From an uncultured Chloroflexia bacterium (lineage in GTDB: Bacteria > Chloroflexota > Limnocylindria > Limnocylindrales > CSP1-4): 64,000 bases of DNA. The number at the start of each line of letters is the position of its first letter. Position 1 is the first letter of the stretch. The notes beneath the pieces were generated by a model that made no database searches, was not told the DNA's origin, and saw only the letters and a program-made list of their open reading frames with translations. The stretch covers positions 128,001-192,000 of the forward strand of contig CAVYIM010000003.1 in assembly GCA_963768655.1 (NCBI GenBank), written 5' to 3'. Below are positions 62,576 to 64,000 of the stretch, piece by piece. Made by a program: the position numbers and the translations under genes.

Positions 62576-63684
62576 GCGCTCTCCTCTCCCACTGGAATCG
62601 ACAGCCAGACGACGGTCCCACCGCCCGGCCGCGACCGAACCTCGAATTGGGCACCGATGAGCTCTGCCCGCTCTCGCATGAACTGGAGCCCGAAGTTGCG
62701 ACGGCCTCGCGCTGCGACGGTACCGACGTCGAACCCCCGACCGTCGTCGCTGACCTCCAGAATCCAGTTCGATGCGTCGAGCTTAGTGGACACTACGGTA
62801 TGGCTCGAGCCGGCGTGCTTGCGGACGTTCTGCAGCGCCTCCTGGACAATTCGCAAAACGGCTGTCTGCTGGCTCGAGTTCAGCTGTTCGCCAGGCGCGC
62901 GCAGGTCGGTCGCGACCGTGGCGCCGGTCAGCGCGGCCATGCCCTCGACCGCGTCCATGATCGACCCGTCGAGGCCGAGCTCGTCCAGGAGCGGCGGTCG
63001 GAGCTGGCTGATGAAGGTTCGGACCTCGCCCAGCTCGCGGCGCAGCAACTCTCGCAGGAAGCGCAGCTCGTTGTGGGCGACGCGGGTGTCCTCGTCGAGC
63101 ACTCTCTCGATGTACTCGACCTGGAAGATGGCGTTGGACAGAGCCTGGGCCGGCCCGTCGTGGACTTCCTGGGCCAGGCGCGAACGCTCCGCCTCCTGGG
63201 CCTGGACGATGCGCATCTGCAGATCCGTGGGCAGGCCCGAGTTGGCGACTTCGGCCAGCAGGCTGGCGTCGCCGCGCTCGAGGAAGAGCCAGGCATTTTC
63301 CATGCTCCGGACCGAAAGCTCGAGCTTGGAGAGTTCCTGCTGGTGCTTGCCCAGGTCCCCGGTCTGGCGCTCGACGTCGGTACGCATCGTCTTCTGACGG
63401 GCATCCTCGGCGCCGGCTTCAGCCGCGGATGCCGCGTCGCCGTCCTCGGTCGCCAGGAACGGGGCGCGATCGGCGGCATCGACGAGGTCCCGCAGGCGGT
63501 GCCAGCGGGCGAGCGAGTCGCGGTAGGCCTCGCGGTATCGCTCCGTAACGGAGCGGAGGCTGTTGGCGCCGTAGCCCAGCGTGGACTTCGCTTCGGCGTA
63601 TAGCTCGTCGAAGCGCGGGTCACGCAATTCTGCGGCGCCGCGGGCAGCGTCCATATCGGCCTGAGTATACGGGGCGACCTCCAT
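62572..63684 (-). CDS. DegS-like cytoplasmic HisKA_3 sensor histidine kinase
   Basis: AQEVHDGPAQ, QEALQNVRKHA, DDGRGF, FGLQFMRERA, GGGT; no TM segment. Confidence 0.92.
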   Translation of the reverse strand: MEVAPYTQADMDAARGAAELRDPRFDELYAEAKSTLGYGANSLRSVTERYREAYRDSLARWHRLRDLVDAADRAPFLATEDGDAASAAEAGAEDARQKTMRTDVERQTGDLGKHQQELSKLELSVRSMENAWLFLERGDASLLAEVANSGLPTDLQMRIVQAQEAERSRLAQEVHDGPAQALSNAIFQVEYIERVLDEDTRVAHNELRFLRELLRRELGEVRTFISQLRPPLLDELGLDGSIMDAVEGMAALTGATVATDLRAPGEQLNSSQQTAVLRIVQEALQNVRKHAGSSHTVVSTKLDASNWILEVSDDGRGFDVGTVAARGRRNFGLQFMRERAELIGAQFEVRSRPGGGTVVWLSIPVGEESA

Positions 63685-64000
63685 CAACAGACGATCCGGA
63701 ATGCGCGTATTTGAAACAACGGAGAACCTCTCGGAGGGGAGTTACCCGAGTCGTCGGTCAGCTGAACCTCGCGGAAGCATTGTGTGCCCGGGCCGCCGCC
63801 GTCCAGGATCGCCGGCCACTCCCCGCCGTCGTCGGTTGGGATCACGACGAGCAGCTTCGACCCGAAACGGCGAGCCAGGGCCGAGACGGCCTGAGGCGAT
63901 TCCTCGGGCAGGGCCAGCGCGGTGACGTGCGCCGTCTCCGCCAGCCAGATCGGGTTGTCGGTGATGACCGGGGCATTGGCCGCCAGCGGGACGCCGGCGC
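63684..64000 (-). CDS. 3' end of an unidentified protein (truncated by the window)
   Basis: Open frame ...PVITDNPIWLAETAHVTALALPEE...IRAFRIVC*; its TGA overlaps the kinase ATG. Confidence 0.6.
   Translation of the reverse strand, partial: AGVPLAANAPVITDNPIWLAETAHVTALALPEESPQAVSALARRFGSKLLVVIPTDDGGEWPAILDGGGPGTQCFREVQLTDDSGNSPPRGSPLFQIRAFRIVC

Overview
High-GC bacterial core-genome segment. Gene content and protein style suggest a monoderm Chloroflexota, possibly Limnocylindria-like; this is inference only. It has three blocks. (1) Minus strand, 1-16.9 kb: parA-parB-gyrB-thioesterase-AlkD-like-gyrA-prs, a small membrane ORF, secA-ydcF, an IS630 inserted in the ydcF stop codon, an 8-Cys mini-protein overlapping the start of prfB (which has the programmed +1 frameshift), and a GNAT. 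(2) After a parS-containing divergent spacer, plus strand 17.7-47.5 kb: mreD-pbp2-rodA, the radical SAM TIGR03960/TIGR03936 pair split by a Na+/H+ antiporter, rplU-rpmA-rpmE, DUF1385-prfA-prmC-HAD-tsaC, glyA, the F1Fo atp operon (atpG frameshifted), murA, mreB, PHP, a flippase-like gene and an XRE regulator. A secreted repeat protein lies antisense between tsaC and glyA. (3) Minus strand, 47.6-64 kb: a DegS-like kinase, a NarL/DegU-like regulator, a His-retaining pseudo-kinase, two Flp pilins missing from the ORF track, cpaB-cpaE-tadABC-DUF192, comF, hpf, nfo and two GT-C glycosyltransferases. The best candidates for undescribed biology are the kinase/regulator/pseudo-kinase module wired to the Tad-comF locus (the regulator carries a YTGPDRR motif resembling a known c-di-GMP-binding motif) and the double-CxxxCxxC mini-protein coupled to prfB. 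No rRNA, tRNA or CRISPR array was seen. All calls come from reading motifs by eye; no database searches were run.
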